Origin: an uncultured Clostridia bacterium
GTDB lineage: Bacteria; Acidobacteriota; Blastocatellia; HR10
Assembly (NCBI GenBank): GCA_964615335.1
Contig: CAZTMT010000001.1
Coordinates: 68,248-132,247 of the forward strand
DNA length: 64,000 nucleotides
Reading direction: 5' to 3'
A program made the position numbers and the translations under genes. Under the pieces are notes generated by a model. The model made no database searches, was not told the DNA's origin, and saw only the letters and a program-made list of their open reading frames with translations. This document shows positions 19,143 through 32,175 of this stretch, piece by piece (position 1 is the first letter of the stretch; the number at the start of each line of letters is the position of its first letter).

Positions 19143-21527
19143 ATGATCCCTTCGACGCTGGAGTCTCTCGAGTACACGGCGGTGCTCGCCCTTTTGGCCG
19201 AGCGGACGCAGACGCCTCAAGGGCGGCGTCTGGCCGAACGGCTGCGGCCGATGACCGACCCTGAGGAGATTCGGCGCGCGCTTCGGCTGACCCAAGATAC
19301 CGTGCGCTATTTCGGCGAGCGCTCGGGGTTCGGACTCAGCGGTCTCTCCGATCCGACCGAAGCGCTGCGACTTTTGCGGATCGAGAATGCGGCGCTCTCT
19401 CCGACGCAAATTCTGGATCTGATGGCTCTCATCGCAGTGGGGCAGGACGTGCGCGCTTCGGTTCTGGGACGACGGCGCGAGTATCCGCATCTGGCGGCTC
19501 TGGTGTCGGAGATCCCGGATCTGCGGCTGGTGCTGCGCCATCTGCGCGGCAAGATCCTGCCGGGCGGCGAGGTGGACGATCACGCGAGTCCGCAGTTGGC
19601 CGAGATCCGACAGCAGATTCAGCGCGTGCGCGCGCGGCTCTATCGGCGGCTGCAAGAGATCATGCGCGCGAGCCCCGAAGGGATCGTCCAGGATGAGATC
19701 GTGACGCTGCGCAACGAGCGATACGTCATCCCGGTTCGCGCCTCGCATCGCGCGCAGATCCCGGGCGTTGTCCATGCCGTCTCCTCAAGCGGAGCGACCG
19801 TCTTCATCGAACCTCTGGAGACGATCGAGCTGAATAATGAACTGGTGCGCTGGCGCGAGGAGGAGCAGGCCGAGATCGCGCGCTTGCTCCGCGAGCTGAG
19901 CGATCGATTGCGCGTGGAGCTGCCTCAGTTGGAGAAGCTGGCGCGCCTTCTGGCCGAACTGGATCTGCTGGGCGCCAAGGCGCGTCTGGCCATCGAATTC
20001 CGCTGCGTCGAACCGGAGATCGTGAGTGATCGCCTCGTCCTCCTGTTGGACGAGGCCCGGCATCTGCTTCTGGAACATGTGTTGCGAGAGCGCGGGGGGA
20101 CTGTCGTTCCGATCTCCCTCTCTCTGGATCAGGAGCGGCGCGTGCTGATCATCAGCGGACCGAATGCCGGAGGGAAGACCGTCGCTTTGAAGACGATCGG
20201 TCTTGTGGCTCTGATGGCGCAATCGGGACTGCTTGTCCCGGCGCGCGCGGCGACGCTGTCGGTCTTCCACCAGATTTTGGCCGATATCGGCGATCGTCAA
20301 TCCCTTGTGGCCAATCTTTCGACCTTCACGGCGCATATTCAGAGCGTGAGAGAGATGGCGGATCGGCTGCGCCTGCCCGCGCTGGTGCTTCTGGACGAAG
20401 TCGGGACGGGGACGGATCCCGAGGAGGGAGCAGCGCTGGCCATCGCCATCGTCGAGTATTTTCGGCGGCGCGGGGCGATGGTCGTCGCAGCGACGCACTA
20501 TTCGGCATTGAAAGCGTACGGGTATCTCACGCCGGGTGTCGTGAACGCTGCCGTCGAATTCGACCCGGTACGTCTGGAACCAACCTATCGGTTGCAGCAA
20601 GGGGTGGCCGGAGCGTCGAGCGCTCTGGAGATCGCCCGGCGCGTCGGCCTGCCCGAGGAGATCCTCGCCCACGCGCGAGAGCAGATGGGAGCGGTCGAGC
20701 ATGAGGCGAACCGCTATCTCCTACTTCTGAGGGAAGAGCTGGATCGGCAGCGGGATTTGCGCGCGGCTCTGGAGCAGGAGCGCGCGGCCGTGGCCGAGCG
20801 GTACGAGCAGTTGCAGCGGGAATTCCGCGAGCGCGAGCGCCGGCGACAACGCGAGTTCGAGACGGCGCTCGCGGAATTGCTGCGCACGCTCTCGGAGCGG
20901 GCGGAAGCCTTGCTGGGCCAGATCGCCGACCGACGCGCGCAGCTTGAAGCGCGGCGCTTCGCCGAACGCCGACTGGCCAAGTTCGCCTCCGAAGTGCAGC
21001 AGCACAGCCGCGCTTTCTCCTTCGAAAGCCCCCCCTCGCCGACTCCTTCCCGGCAGATGGTCTCGGCTCTGGAGGCTCCGCCGAAGCCGGGTGATCGCGT
21101 GCGCGTCCGAGACCTCGATCAAATCGGCGTGGTCGCGGAAGTGGACGCGGATCACGTGCTCGTGCAGGTGGGCTCGCTTCGCGTGAAGACAGACCTGGGC
21201 AATCTGGACGTGCTCCTGGAGCCCGATTCGTCGGATGCGCGGGCGTCCGGACGTCTTGTGCTCCATCGAGCGACTCGTCCCGAGGTTCCTTCTGAGCTGA
21301 ACCTCATCGGCAAGACGGTCGAGGAAGCTCTCTCGCTGACGGATCAATTTCTGGATGCCGCTTGTCTGGCCGGGCAGCTCGACGTGACGATCATTCACGG
21401 AGCCGGTTCGGGGGCATTGCGCCGAGCCCTTCGCGAATTCCTGGCGCAGCATCCCCATGTCGCGCACTTCCATGCGACCCAGGCCGATCGAGCGACGCGC
21501 GTCCAGTTGCGCGCGCTCTCGGAGTGA
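19143..21527 (+). CDS. mutS2: MutS2 (endonuclease/ribosome-collision factor family) with C-terminal Smr domain
   Basis: SSSGATVFIEP, ISGPNAGGKTVALK, LSTFTAH, LLDEVGTGTDPEEG, ATHY, Smr IIHGAGSGALR. ATG 19143. Confidence 0.95.
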   Translation: MIPSTLESLEYTAVLALLAERTQTPQGRRLAERLRPMTDPEEIRRALRLTQDTVRYFGERSGFGLSGLSDPTEALRLLRIENAALSPTQILDLMALIAVGQDVRASVLGRRREYPHLAALVSEIPDLRLVLRHLRGKILPGGEVDDHASPQLAEIRQQIQRVRARLYRRLQEIMRASPEGIVQDEIVTLRNERYVIPVRASHRAQIPGVVHAVSSSGATVFIEPLETIELNNELVRWREEEQAEIARLLRELSDRLRVELPQLEKLARLLAELDLLGAKARLAIEFRCVEPEIVSDRLVLLLDEARHLLLEHVLRERGGTVVPISLSLDQERRVLIISGPNAGGKTVALKTIGLVALMAQSGLLVPARAATLSVFHQILADIGDRQSLVANLSTFTAHIQSVREMADRLRLPALVLLDEVGTGTDPEEGAALAIAIVEYFRRRGAMVVAATHYSALKAYGYLTPGVVNAAVEFDPVRLEPTYRLQQGVAGASSALEIARRVGLPEEILAHAREQMGAVEHEANRYLLLLREELDRQRDLRAALEQERAAVAERYEQLQREFRERERRRQREFETALAELLRTLSERAEALLGQIADRRAQLEARRFAERRLAKFASEVQQHSRAFSFESPPSPTPSRQMVSALEAPPKPGDRVRVRDLDQIGVVAEVDADHVLVQVGSLRVKTDLGNLDVLLEPDSSDARASGRLVLHRATRPEVPSELNLIGKTVEEALSLTDQFLDAACLAGQLDVTIIHGAGSGALRRALREFLAQHPHVAHFHATQADRATRVQLRALSE

Positions 21528-21546
21528 GCGCGCCGGGAAAATGATC

Positions 21547-21576
21547 TTGCTTTCCAAGCGAGATGTCCTTTAGAAT
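21547..21576 (+). promoter_or_regulatory. Candidate sigma70 promoter of dnaG-rpoD
   Basis: TTGCTT (21547-21552), 18-nt spacer, TAGAAT (21571-21576). Confidence 0.45.
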
Positions 21577-21640
21577 CCTTGCCGACAGGAGATCGGAAAA
21601 GCGCCGGGAGACAAGCGCATAAGATGAAGGAGTTCGAGAG

Positions 21641-23461
21641 ATGACGCCGCGAGAGTTCGCCCAGTACGTGAGAGAGCAGACGGACATCCTGCGTCTTGTC
21701 TCCGACTACGTCACGTTGAAGAAGCAGGGGAGCAATTACGTCGCTCTCTGTCCTTTCCATCGAGAGCGCACGCCCTCGTTCGCCGTCCATCCGGGCAAGC
21801 AGATCTTCAAATGTTTCGGATGCGGGCTGGGGGGGGATGTGTTCGCCTTCGTCATGCAGATCGAGGGCTGTTCCTGGTGGGAGGCGGTGCGATGGGTTGC
21901 CGAGAAAAACGGCATTCCGATCCCCTCGTTCTCTTCGCGCGCAGAAGCCTCCGCCTCGGAAGCGGAGGAGAGATGGCGGCGGCGCCTCTTTCAGATCAAT
22001 GCGTGGGCGGGCGAATTCTTCCAGCGCTGTCTGCATGAGCCTCAGGGGAAAGAGGCGCGCACCTATTTGGCCGAGCGCGGGATTCGCCCGGAGACAATCC
22101 GCCGGTTCGGACTCGGATATGCGCCGGAGAGCTGGAGTGCTCTCTCGGAGTATTTGACAGCGCGGGGAGTGACGCGCCAGGAGCTGGAACGAAGCGGGCT
22201 CGTCTCGGTCCGAGAGGATCGGAGAGGATATTACGATCGGTTCCGGCACCGTCTGATCTTTCCGATCCGTGACCTTCAGGGGCGCATTCTGGGGTTCGGC
22301 GCCCGAACGCTTGCCGATCGTGAGCCCAAATACGTGAACTCTCCGGAGACGGCCGTCTACACCAAAGGGCGACATCTTTTCGGCCTCTACGAAGCGCGCG
22401 AAGCCATTCGGCGCGCCCAGGAAGCCGTTCTCGTCGAAGGCTATTTCGATTGGCTCACGCTGGTCCAGCACGGAATTGAAAATGTCGTCGCGACGCTCGG
22501 CACGGCGCTCACGCCGGAGCAGGCGCGCCTTTTGCGGCGATTCACCGATCGCGTCCTGATCAATTTCGATGCCGACAGAGCCGGACGACGGGCCATGTCC
22601 CGGAGTCTGGAGACATTGATTTCGGAAGGGCTGGAGGTGTCCGTGCTCGTTCTGCCTGAGGGCGATGATCCTGACTCCTTCGTGAGACGCCAGGGAGCGC
22701 AACGGTACGCCGAACTCATGCGGGCGGCGCAACCGTATCTGGATTTCCTTCTGGATGAGGCTCTGCAAGGGGCTTCGTTCCCTCTGCGGCCTTCGCTTCA
22801 GGCGCGCGCGCTCAAGAGTGTTCTCCCGTATCTGGCTCAGATCCCCGATCCGATCGAGAGCTTGGCGAGCGCGGATTATGTGGCGCGGCGATTGCACATG
22901 GACGTCCGGCTCGTTCGAGAGGAGGTGAAACGGCAGCGCCGCCTGAGATCTCCGCAACTCCCGGGAGATCGGGCGACCGAGGAACTCCGGGCGAGCCTCG
23001 CTCCAGGGAGAGACATCGAGGGAGCGGAGCTTAAAGTCACCGAGTCCGAACGGTTGTTGCTCGAAGTTCTCCTGCATGCCCCCGAGAATGTGCGCGCGCG
23101 CATCTGGGCCGAGGTGAAGCCCGAGGATGTGCAGGGCCTTCCGAGCGAGAGGCTCTTCACCCGCCTGCGCGAGGTGGGGTCTGCCGATTACGCGACTCTG
23201 GTCGAAGGTCTCCGTGATGACCCGCGCCTGCTCGATCTTCTCGAGCGCGCTCTGATGGCGGATATTACGGGGACTCCGGATCAGATGCTCGAGCGGGCGC
23301 GCTCCGGCCTGCGCGGCCTGCGCCGAGAGCGATGGCAGCGGGAGATGGCCGCTCTGCAGGCGGAGATCGAACGGCTCGCTCCCGAGCAGCGGGAGAAATT
23401 GCACCATTTGCTCCTCCGGAAGCAAGAAGTCGCTGCCGCTTTGGCCCGAGACGCCATCTAA
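21641..23461 (+). CDS. dnaG: DNA primase
   Basis: Zn finger CPFH..TPSF...[38 protein letters not shown] / [12 protein letters not shown]. Confidence 0.97.
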   Translation: MTPREFAQYVREQTDILRLVSDYVTLKKQGSNYVALCPFHRERTPSFAVHPGKQIFKCFGCGLGGDVFAFVMQIEGCSWWEAVRWVAEKNGIPIPSFSSRAEASASEAEERWRRRLFQINAWAGEFFQRCLHEPQGKEARTYLAERGIRPETIRRFGLGYAPESWSALSEYLTARGVTRQELERSGLVSVREDRRGYYDRFRHRLIFPIRDLQGRILGFGARTLADREPKYVNSPETAVYTKGRHLFGLYEAREAIRRAQEAVLVEGYFDWLTLVQHGIENVVATLGTALTPEQARLLRRFTDRVLINFDADRAGRRAMSRSLETLISEGLEVSVLVLPEGDDPDSFVRRQGAQRYAELMRAAQPYLDFLLDEALQGASFPLRPSLQARALKSVLPYLAQIPDPIESLASADYVARRLHMDVRLVREEVKRQRRLRSPQLPGDRATEELRASLAPGRDIEGAELKVTESERLLLEVLLHAPENVRARIWAEVKPEDVQGLPSERLFTRLREVGSADYATLVEGLRDDPRLLDLLERALMADITGTPDQMLERARSGLRGLRRERWQREMAALQAEIERLAPEQREKLHHLLLRKQEVAAALARDAI

Positions 23462-23649
23462 GGAGGCGAAGCGGACGTGAGCGTGAGAGTACGAGAGGTT
23501 ATCGAGGCGACCAACCGATCGCCCTTTCATGGGCGCACGAGCCGATTGCGTCGAGCATCTTCCGGCTCCGCGCGCGATCCGGGCGCGGAGCCCCGGCGAG
23601 ATGCCCGGAGCACGTGTGGAAGATCTTTCTTGAGAGCAGGAGCGGAGCT

Positions 23650-25368
<1,719 letters not shown>

Positions 25369-25482
25369 ACGAGCCTGTTCGGGAACGGATCGGAACCTCT
25401 CCTCGTAGGGGAACGAGGGAGATATTCCATGGGAATCCGAGAGGACGCGCGCTCTGGGTCGTTCATCCGTGAGGGGGAGAGG

Positions 25483-26052
25483 ATGCTCTATTGCCCGCGA
25501 TGTGGGACTCTGGCGCGCGATGAGCAAAAATTCTGCACGGCTTGCGGTGTGAATCTGAGCCTGATCACCGGTGTGCTCGCCGGGCGCGTGGGGGAGAAAA
25601 CGACGGGATCCGGCCGCTCGCTCCTGGAGATGCTCTTTGGGATCGAAAAGCGGCCCGAGCTGACACCCGAACAGAAGCGCATGCAGGATATTCGAAACGG
25701 CGTTCTTTCGCTCTGCGTGGGGATCGGTCTTTCTCTCTTCCTCTACATCCTCTTGGGCGCTGTCGCCGAGCAGATCGAACCGGCGGAAGCGCGAATCGTT
25801 CGTGCCGTCTGGACGTGCGGTCTCATCCCGGTCTTCGTGGGGATCGGCTTGATCGTGAACGGTCTCTTTTTCTGGAAGCCATCGAATCCGCTCGAAGCGA
25901 CAGATCGTCCGGCACAGGATCACACCACAGGGGCACAGAAATCCTTGCCTTCAGGCGTTGACCTCACGCTCCCCCTCTCTCGGGAGCGCCGGGAGACCCC
26001 GACGATCCCTCTGGACGAGACCCCACCGACCGATCCTCGCCTCTCCGCGTGA
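25483..26052 (+). CDS. Zinc-ribbon membrane protein (hypothetical)
   Basis: MLYCPRCG..(x11)..FCTACG zinc ribbon, two TM helices, Pro-rich tail. ATG 25483 after GGGGGAG. Confidence 0.8.
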   Translation: MLYCPRCGTLARDEQKFCTACGVNLSLITGVLAGRVGEKTTGSGRSLLEMLFGIEKRPELTPEQKRMQDIRNGVLSLCVGIGLSLFLYILLGAVAEQIEPAEARIVRAVWTCGLIPVFVGIGLIVNGLFFWKPSNPLEATDRPAQDHTTGAQKSLPSGVDLTLPLSRERRETPTIPLDETPPTDPRLSA

Positions 26053-26097
26053 TCTCTCCCCCCGAGCCGGATTCTTGGCGTCGGAAGGGTTGGTCGG

Positions 26098-26126
26098 TTG
26101 ACATCGCCGGAAGAGGCCCATATAAA
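26098..26126 (+). promoter_or_regulatory. Near-consensus sigma70 promoter of the protease-cohesin/BNR operon
   Basis: TTGACA (26098-26103), 17-nt spacer, TATAAA (26121-26126). Confidence 0.7.
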
Positions 26127-26166
26127 TCTCCCGAGCATTCGAGCTGAAGTGGGAATGGAGGAGAGC

Positions 26167-29100
26167 ATGGCGGGATACGCGCGGAGAGACTGCGGGAGGG
26201 GATGGAGGCGGCGTTTTCTCGTCCTCCTCATATGTGGGGTCCTGGGGATTCAGTCCTTCGCTTCAGGTTCGGAGCTTTCCCGCAAGGGTGCTCCGCTGGG
26301 GAGATCGGGAGGCACTGCTTCAGGGGAAAATCCCGCTTCGCTTTTTGAGGTGAGCGAGGGGAGTGGGTTTGTCCTCGTTGAAGGAGAAGGAGGGCAGATC
26401 GTTTGCCGGGAGGCGACTCCGGAAGAGGTTCAGTGGATGAGACGACGGGATCCGGCTGAGCCCCTGCATGTGATCTCTCCCCTTGAGACGAACCTTCAAC
26501 AGACGGGATTACGGATCATTCTGCGGGCGACCTCGCAGCTCGAACAATTCCCCAAGGCGAAGGCGGGCTTCATTCGAGCGGTTCAGACCTGGGAGCGCCT
26601 CATTCGGAATTCCATCACTGTTGTCCTGGACGTGGATTTCGGACCCACGCGATTCGGGGAGCCCTATCCCGAGGGAGTTCTGGGCTCGACCGATTCGCAA
26701 CAGATCGGCGGAGAGATTTATTCGGACGTGCGGTCTCGCCTGCTTGAAGGGGCTTCCTCTTCGTCCGAGAGAGAGATCTATACGGCGCTTCCTCAGTCGC
26801 AGGTCCTGACAGATCTGGGACCCACGCAGCGCGTCTTCGCTCCTTCCGCCGTTTTTCGCGCCCTCGGGATGATCTCTCCGACAGCCGATCCGGACGGAGA
26901 GCGAGGGCAGTTTGGTCCCCCTCCTTCTGTGGGCTTCAATTCCAATTTCCCCTTCGACTTCAATCCGGACGATGGGATTGATCCGGACAAGACGGACTTC
27001 GACACCGTCGCGGTACATGAGATCGGGCACGCGCTCGGGTTCACGTCCCTGGTCGGGGCGCGCGAGCTCAATCCTTCTCGTCCTGTCGCCGTGAGCGTAT
27101 GGGACTTCTATCGGTTCCGTCCTGGGGTCACGTCGGCGACGTTCTCGACAGCATCGCGCATTCTTTCTTCGGGAGGGGAGCATGTTTTCTTCGCGGGCCC
27201 GCCGGCGTTGCTTTTGTCCACAGGGAGGCCCGATGGTTCAGGGGGGGATGAAAGGCAGGCGAGTCACTGGAAAGATGACGATCTGACGGGGCAATATATT
27301 GGAATCATGGATCCGACGATCCCCCCTGGACGGCGCGAGACGATCACCGAGAACGATCTGCGGGCGCTGGACCTTTTCGGGTATCAGGTGGAAGCGCAAG
27401 CCCAGCCGCCTCCCGGTGGAGATGTCGTGGATCTCACTTCGGGCGTCCCGCAAACGGGCTCGATTCCGGCTCCTTCGCGATCTGGTAGCGGCATACTGGG
27501 AGCGACGCAGTATCGAATTCAGGTTCCCGCCGGAGCGACCGAGTTGCGCGTTGAGTTGCGAGGGAGCGGAAATCAAGACATAGACCTCTACGTGCGCTTC
27601 GGGCAGAGAATTGAAATCCAGGGGGGACGCACCGTCGCCGACTACGTGTCCGAATCTCTGACAGGAAACGAGACGATCACGGTGACTCCGTCCAGTTCCC
27701 CCCCTCTTCGGGAGGGAGCTTACTTCATCGCTGTCGCGAATTTCGGACCGGGACAGGCGACCTTCACCGTGACGGCGACAGTCACAGTGGCCCAGCCGGA
27801 TATTGACGTTCAGCCGACGAGTCTGGATTTCGGCTCCGTGACGGTCGGTTCGACCGCCGATCGCACGGTGACGGTGCGAAATGTCGGCGGGGCACCGCTT
27901 ACTGTCACTGAGCTGAGCGTGAACAATCCGCGCTTTGCGGTCCTCTCGCCCTCGGTGCCCTTCACGGTGAATGCGGGAGGGCAGCAAGTGGTGAGCGTGC
28001 GCTTCGCTCCGACAGCAGCCGGGTCTCAGAGTGGAACACTGCGGATCGGGAGCAACGATCCCGATGAAGGGACGGTCTCGGTGAGCCTGGTCGGACAAGG
28101 TGTTGCGGCTCCGCCTTCGACACCGCGTACGCTCAGTGCTCCGGATGCTTCGGGAGAGCCGGGCCGCACGGTCACGATCGCTCTGGCGCTCTCCGAAGGC
28201 AGCGGGATTTCGGCGCTCTCGTTCACGCTCAGTTTCGATCCCTCCCTCCTGTCGGTATCCGGTCCCTCGGCCGTCTCACGGGGAACGCTGGTACCGGATA
28301 ATTTCTCCCTGAGTGCGAACACAGCGACAAGCGGGCAGATTCGTGTCGTGATCTCGCCGCCGGTTCAGACGCCCATTCCGACCTTCCGGAGCGGGAGCGG
28401 ATCAGTCGTCACCATCGCTTTCCAGGTCGCTTCAGGAGCGAGAACGGGAGCGACGAGTCCTCTGGCCTTTTCGAATGTTTCGGCTTCTGATCCCAGCGGG
28501 GCATCGGTGCCCCTGACGCCGAGCAACGGCACCTTCACCGTAGGCGTCGTGCGGACGCTCGCTGTGGCGGATGCCCAGGGAGCGCCGGGTTCGACCGTGA
28601 CGATTCCCGTGACGCTCTCAGAGGGAGACGGAATCTCGGCGCTGCAGTTCACGCTCAGCTTCGATGCGGCGATTCTCACACCGGCAGCGAATCCTGTGGC
28701 GCTCGGATCTCTTGTGCCGAGCCAGTTCACCGTGAGCGCTAACACAGCGACATCGGGAAGGATGACAGTGGTCATCGCCCCTCCGGTCACCTCGCCGCTT
28801 CCCACATTCCGTTCCGGGAGCGGATCGGTCGTCGTGCTCACGTTCCAGGTCTCAGGATCGGCGAGTCCGGGAGCGACCAGTCCGCTCGCGCTTTCGAATC
28901 TCTCGGCCTCGGATCGCAATGGAAGTGCGGTCGCCCTCAGCGCGCAAAATGGGACGTTCACGGTGCTCGCTGTCCGGCGCGGAGACATCAATCAGGATGG
29001 CGTGATTGATGTTCGAGATTTGATTTTGCTCATTCGGCATCTGACGGGGGAGAGTCCGCTGACGGGAGCTGCCCTTCAAGCGGCCGACGTCAATGGGGAT

Positions 29101-29601
29101 GGACAAGTAAACGTGCAGGACGTCATTCGTCTGATCCAGCATCTGACAGGAGAGCGCCCTCTTTCGATCAGCCCACAACAGGAGGAGCCGGAGCGCGATC
29201 TCCCCGCGCGGGGGGTGACCGTGGGAGAGGCCTTCTGGTCCGAAGGGGCATGGACAGTGCCTCTGGTGATCAGCGAGGCGGGAGGGATCGCCGCTGCGGA
29301 GCTGACTCTCGAATACGATGCGACGCGACTCCATCCGGACATGAACGATCTGGTCAGAGCCGATTGGCTCCCGGAGGGATTTCGATGGTACGCGCGCGCG
29401 GATGAGCCCGGACGCCTGGTTCTTGTGCTGGTCCCCCCGATGAGGTCGCCTGTTCCCGCAGTGCCTGCCGGAATTCGAGTTCTCGCCCAACTGCGGTTCG
29501 TCCTGATCGCGGAGATGGGGATGCAGACTCCTGTTTGGGTGCGTCGCATCCGGCTCGCCGATCCGGAAGGGCGCGCCATTCCCGTGCGAGGTCTTCCGTG
29601 A
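26167..29601 (+). CDS. Secreted multidomain Zn-metalloprotease: HExxH catalytic domain + PPC + ASH/Ig-like + 2 cohesins + dockerin + cohesin-like C-terminus
   Basis: Signal-like [19 protein letters not shown]; [19 protein letters not shown] (Met-turn-like); [12 protein letters not shown]; [30 protein letters not shown]; two 141-aa cohesin-like repeats; dockerin [13 protein letters not shown] / [13 protein letters not shown]. Confidence 0.85.
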   Translation: MAGYARRDCGRGWRRRFLVLLICGVLGIQSFASGSELSRKGAPLGRSGGTASGENPASLFEVSEGSGFVLVEGEGGQIVCREATPEEVQWMRRRDPAEPLHVISPLETNLQQTGLRIILRATSQLEQFPKAKAGFIRAVQTWERLIRNSITVVLDVDFGPTRFGEPYPEGVLGSTDSQQIGGEIYSDVRSRLLEGASSSSEREIYTALPQSQVLTDLGPTQRVFAPSAVFRALGMISPTADPDGERGQFGPPPSVGFNSNFPFDFNPDDGIDPDKTDFDTVAVHEIGHALGFTSLVGARELNPSRPVAVSVWDFYRFRPGVTSATFSTASRILSSGGEHVFFAGPPALLLSTGRPDGSGGDERQASHWKDDDLTGQYIGIMDPTIPPGRRETITENDLRALDLFGYQVEAQAQPPPGGDVVDLTSGVPQTGSIPAPSRSGSGILGATQYRIQVPAGATELRVELRGSGNQDIDLYVRFGQRIEIQGGRTVADYVSESLTGNETITVTPSSSPPLREGAYFIAVANFGPGQATFTVTATVTVAQPDIDVQPTSLDFGSVTVGSTADRTVTVRNVGGAPLTVTELSVNNPRFAVLSPSVPFTVNAGGQQVVSVRFAPTAAGSQSGTLRIGSNDPDEGTVSVSLVGQGVAAPPSTPRTLSAPDASGEPGRTVTIALALSEGSGISALSFTLSFDPSLLSVSGPSAVSRGTLVPDNFSLSANTATSGQIRVVISPPVQTPIPTFRSGSGSVVTIAFQVASGARTGATSPLAFSNVSASDPSGASVPLTPSNGTFTVGVVRTLAVADAQGAPGSTVTIPVTLSEGDGISALQFTLSFDAAILTPAANPVALGSLVPSQFTVSANTATSGRMTVVIAPPVTSPLPTFRSGSGSVVVLTFQVSGSASPGATSPLALSNLSASDRNGSAVALSAQNGTFTVLAVRRGDINQDGVIDVRDLILLIRHLTGESPLTGAALQAADVNGDGQVNVQDVIRLIQHLTGERPLSISPQQEEPERDLPARGVTVGEAFWSEGAWTVPLVISEAGGIAAAELTLEYDATRLHPDMNDLVRADWLPEGFRWYARADEPGRLVLVLVPPMRSPVPAVPAGIRVLAQLRFVLIAEMGMQTPVWVRRIRLADPEGRAIPVRGLP
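28126..28965 (+). repeat. Tandem intragenic duplication: two cohesin-like modules, 423-nt period
   Basis: AACACAGCGAC at 28318 and 28741 (offset 423 nt = 141 aa). Shared peptides [53 protein letters not shown]. Confidence 0.9.
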
Positions 29602-29609
29602 GAGAAGGC

Positions 29610-32165
29610 GTGAATCGAGAGAACAAACGGCAGAAGTGGGGCCGTGTGCGCGCGGCCGCCGCGTATGTCTTCATTCTGCTTGGCGCGTGGGAATCAACCC
29701 TGTTCCCGAAAGCGCCCGGGGGTCAGAAGGAGCCCGCGCTTCGAGCCGGACAGCTTGGACGTCAGGAGACACGATCGCCTCGGATCTTCCTGAGGGAAAT
29801 GCTCCTGCGGCGGGCGCGGGCCGAGAGCACGCGCTACGATCGTCCTTCGGAAGCGCAGCAGTTCTATGCGCGAAAGCGCCTCCCTCCGGGGATGACGGCC
29901 CTTCCTGTGGAGAAGTATCTGGAAGCGCTCCGGCAGATGGAAGACATGCCACAGTATGTGACGGCACTGGGCTTGAGCTGGCCGTCGCGACGAGAGATGG
30001 CGCTCTGGGACGAAGCGTCCGCGCTGGCCGTCCTCGGATCCTGGGAAGCGCTCGGGCCAGGGAACATCGGAGGGCGCACGCGGGCTCTTCTGGTCCATCC
30101 GACCAATCCCCGCATCATGTATGCCGCCGGCGTATCCGGAGGAGTCTGGAAGACGGCGACCGGTGGGCAGACGTGGTTTCCCCTTAACGATCTGCTTCCG
30201 AATCTGGCCGTCTCCGTCCTCGCGATGGATCCGCGGGATCCCGACGTCATCTATGCCGGAACGGGCGAAGGCTATTTCAATTACGACGCCGTGCGGGGGG
30301 CGGGCATTTTCAAGACGAGCGATGGAGGGCGAACGTGGATTCATCTGTCGAGCACGCGGAATGCGAACTTCTACTATGTAAATGACCTCGTCATCAGTCC
30401 CCACGACGGGCGCCGCCTCTATGCGGCGACGCGCACAGGCCTGTGGCGCTCAAGCGACGGGGGGCAGAGCTGGACGCGCGTTCTGCGAGCCGGAGGAGAC
30501 GATGGGTGTCTCGATCTGGCCCTTCGGACCGATCAGGCGACAGATTATCTTTTCGCCTCCTGCGGGAATTTCTCTCAAGCGGCCATCTATCGCAACATTC
30601 GAGCCGAAGGCGGCGGAGCGTGGGTTCGCGTCCTCACCGAGCCAGGCATGGGGCGCACCTCGCTGGCGCTGGCTCCTTCGAATCAAAACATCATCTATGC
30701 CCTGGCGGCGAGTCTGGAAGACGGGCGCTTCCAGTACGGCCTCCATGCCGTGTACCGGTCTGTGCGCGGGGGAGATCCGGGAACGTGGGAAGCGCGCGTG
30801 CGCAACACGGACCGGCAGAAGCTCCACACCGTCCTTCTCTCGAATCCCGTCTTCGCTTTTTTGAGCGAGTGCGGCTTCGGGCCGAGCGAGTGGATCAATC
30901 AGGGATGGTATGATAATGTGATCGCTGTGGATCCGCGCGATCCCGAGCGCGTGTGGGTCGGAGGGATTGATCTCTTCCGCTCCGATGATGGAGGGCAGAC
31001 ATGGGGGCTGGCCTCCTACTGGTGGATCGAGCCTGCCGATCCGCAGTACGTACATGCCGATCATCACGTCATCGTCTTTGACCCGCAGTATGATGGAGCA
31101 GCCAACCGCACGATGTTCGTGGGGACAGACGGAGGGATCTTCCGCACGGACGACGCGCGAGCGTCTGTGGCCCGGGGATCTTCGGCCGCCTGCCGACCGA
31201 GTAGCGGTTTTCGCTGGCGCTCGCTCAACTGGAGCTACGGCGTCACGCAATTTTATCACGGCCTGCCCTTTCCGGACGGGCGGACGTACTTCGGCGGGAC
31301 GCAGGACAATGGGACGCTGCTAGGAGCTGACTGGCGGGGGATCAACGGGTGGGGAGAAATCCTCGGCGGAGATGGGGGATATTTGGCCGTGGATCCGGAG
31401 AATCCCAACATCCTCTATGCGACCAATCCCGGGGGCGAGATCGCGAAATCCACCGATGGGGGATTCTCCTTCACGGCCGCAACGCGAGGACTGGACGATC
31501 CGGGGTTCGAGTTCATCGCGCCGCTGGTCATGGACCCGAATAATTCGCAGCGGCTGTGGACCGGGGGGTTTTATCTCTGGCGCACGGACAATGGGGCGGG
31601 GATATGGGTTCGGGCGAGCCGCCTCACACCCGGAGAGGGCTCCGTCACGGCGATCGCCGTCGCGCCAGGGAACTCCAACATCGTGATCGCCGGGATGAGC
31701 GACGGCTATATCTTGCGCACAAGCGATGCCCTGCGCACCACAGCGACGACGGCGTGGGCCTTCACGCGCCCCCGCGTGGGATTTGTCTCCTCGATCGCTT
31801 TCGACCCGACCAATCCCCGCATCGTCTATGCCACATATTCGACCTTCGGGGGGACACATGTCTGGAGGAGTCTGGACGGCGGAGCGACCTGGCGCGGCAT
31901 AGACGGGCGGCCCCCCGGCCGATTGCCCGATCTCCCCGTTCACGTCATCGTCGTGGATCCAGAAAACCCGCAGCGGCTGTATGTGGGGACGGATCTGGGC
32001 GTCTTCGTCTCTCTGAACGGAGGAGCCTCGTGGGCCGTCGAGAATACGGGGTTCGCCAATGTGGTGACCGAGGCTCTCACGGTCGGGAGGGTGGACGGTT
32101 CTCCCGTTCTCCATCTCTTTGCGTTCACGCACGGGCGCGGCGCTTGGCGCGTGCCTCGATGGTGA
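29610..32165 (+). CDS. Secreted BNR/Asp-box (VPS10/GH74-like) beta-propeller protein
   Basis: [16 protein letters not shown]; at least 8 Asp-box-like repeats ([69 protein letters not shown]); C-terminal [12 protein letters not shown] 29610, 8 nt after the previous stop. Confidence 0.85.
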   Translation: MNRENKRQKWGRVRAAAAYVFILLGAWESTLFPKAPGGQKEPALRAGQLGRQETRSPRIFLREMLLRRARAESTRYDRPSEAQQFYARKRLPPGMTALPVEKYLEALRQMEDMPQYVTALGLSWPSRREMALWDEASALAVLGSWEALGPGNIGGRTRALLVHPTNPRIMYAAGVSGGVWKTATGGQTWFPLNDLLPNLAVSVLAMDPRDPDVIYAGTGEGYFNYDAVRGAGIFKTSDGGRTWIHLSSTRNANFYYVNDLVISPHDGRRLYAATRTGLWRSSDGGQSWTRVLRAGGDDGCLDLALRTDQATDYLFASCGNFSQAAIYRNIRAEGGGAWVRVLTEPGMGRTSLALAPSNQNIIYALAASLEDGRFQYGLHAVYRSVRGGDPGTWEARVRNTDRQKLHTVLLSNPVFAFLSECGFGPSEWINQGWYDNVIAVDPRDPERVWVGGIDLFRSDDGGQTWGLASYWWIEPADPQYVHADHHVIVFDPQYDGAANRTMFVGTDGGIFRTDDARASVARGSSAACRPSSGFRWRSLNWSYGVTQFYHGLPFPDGRTYFGGTQDNGTLLGADWRGINGWGEILGGDGGYLAVDPENPNILYATNPGGEIAKSTDGGFSFTAATRGLDDPGFEFIAPLVMDPNNSQRLWTGGFYLWRTDNGAGIWVRASRLTPGEGSVTAIAVAPGNSNIVIAGMSDGYILRTSDALRTTATTAWAFTRPRVGFVSSIAFDPTNPRIVYATYSTFGGTHVWRSLDGGATWRGIDGRPPGRLPDLPVHVIVVDPENPQRLYVGTDLGVFVSLNGGASWAVENTGFANVVTEALTVGRVDGSPVLHLFAFTHGRGAWRVPRW

Positions 32166-32175
32166 GCGCGCCGCG

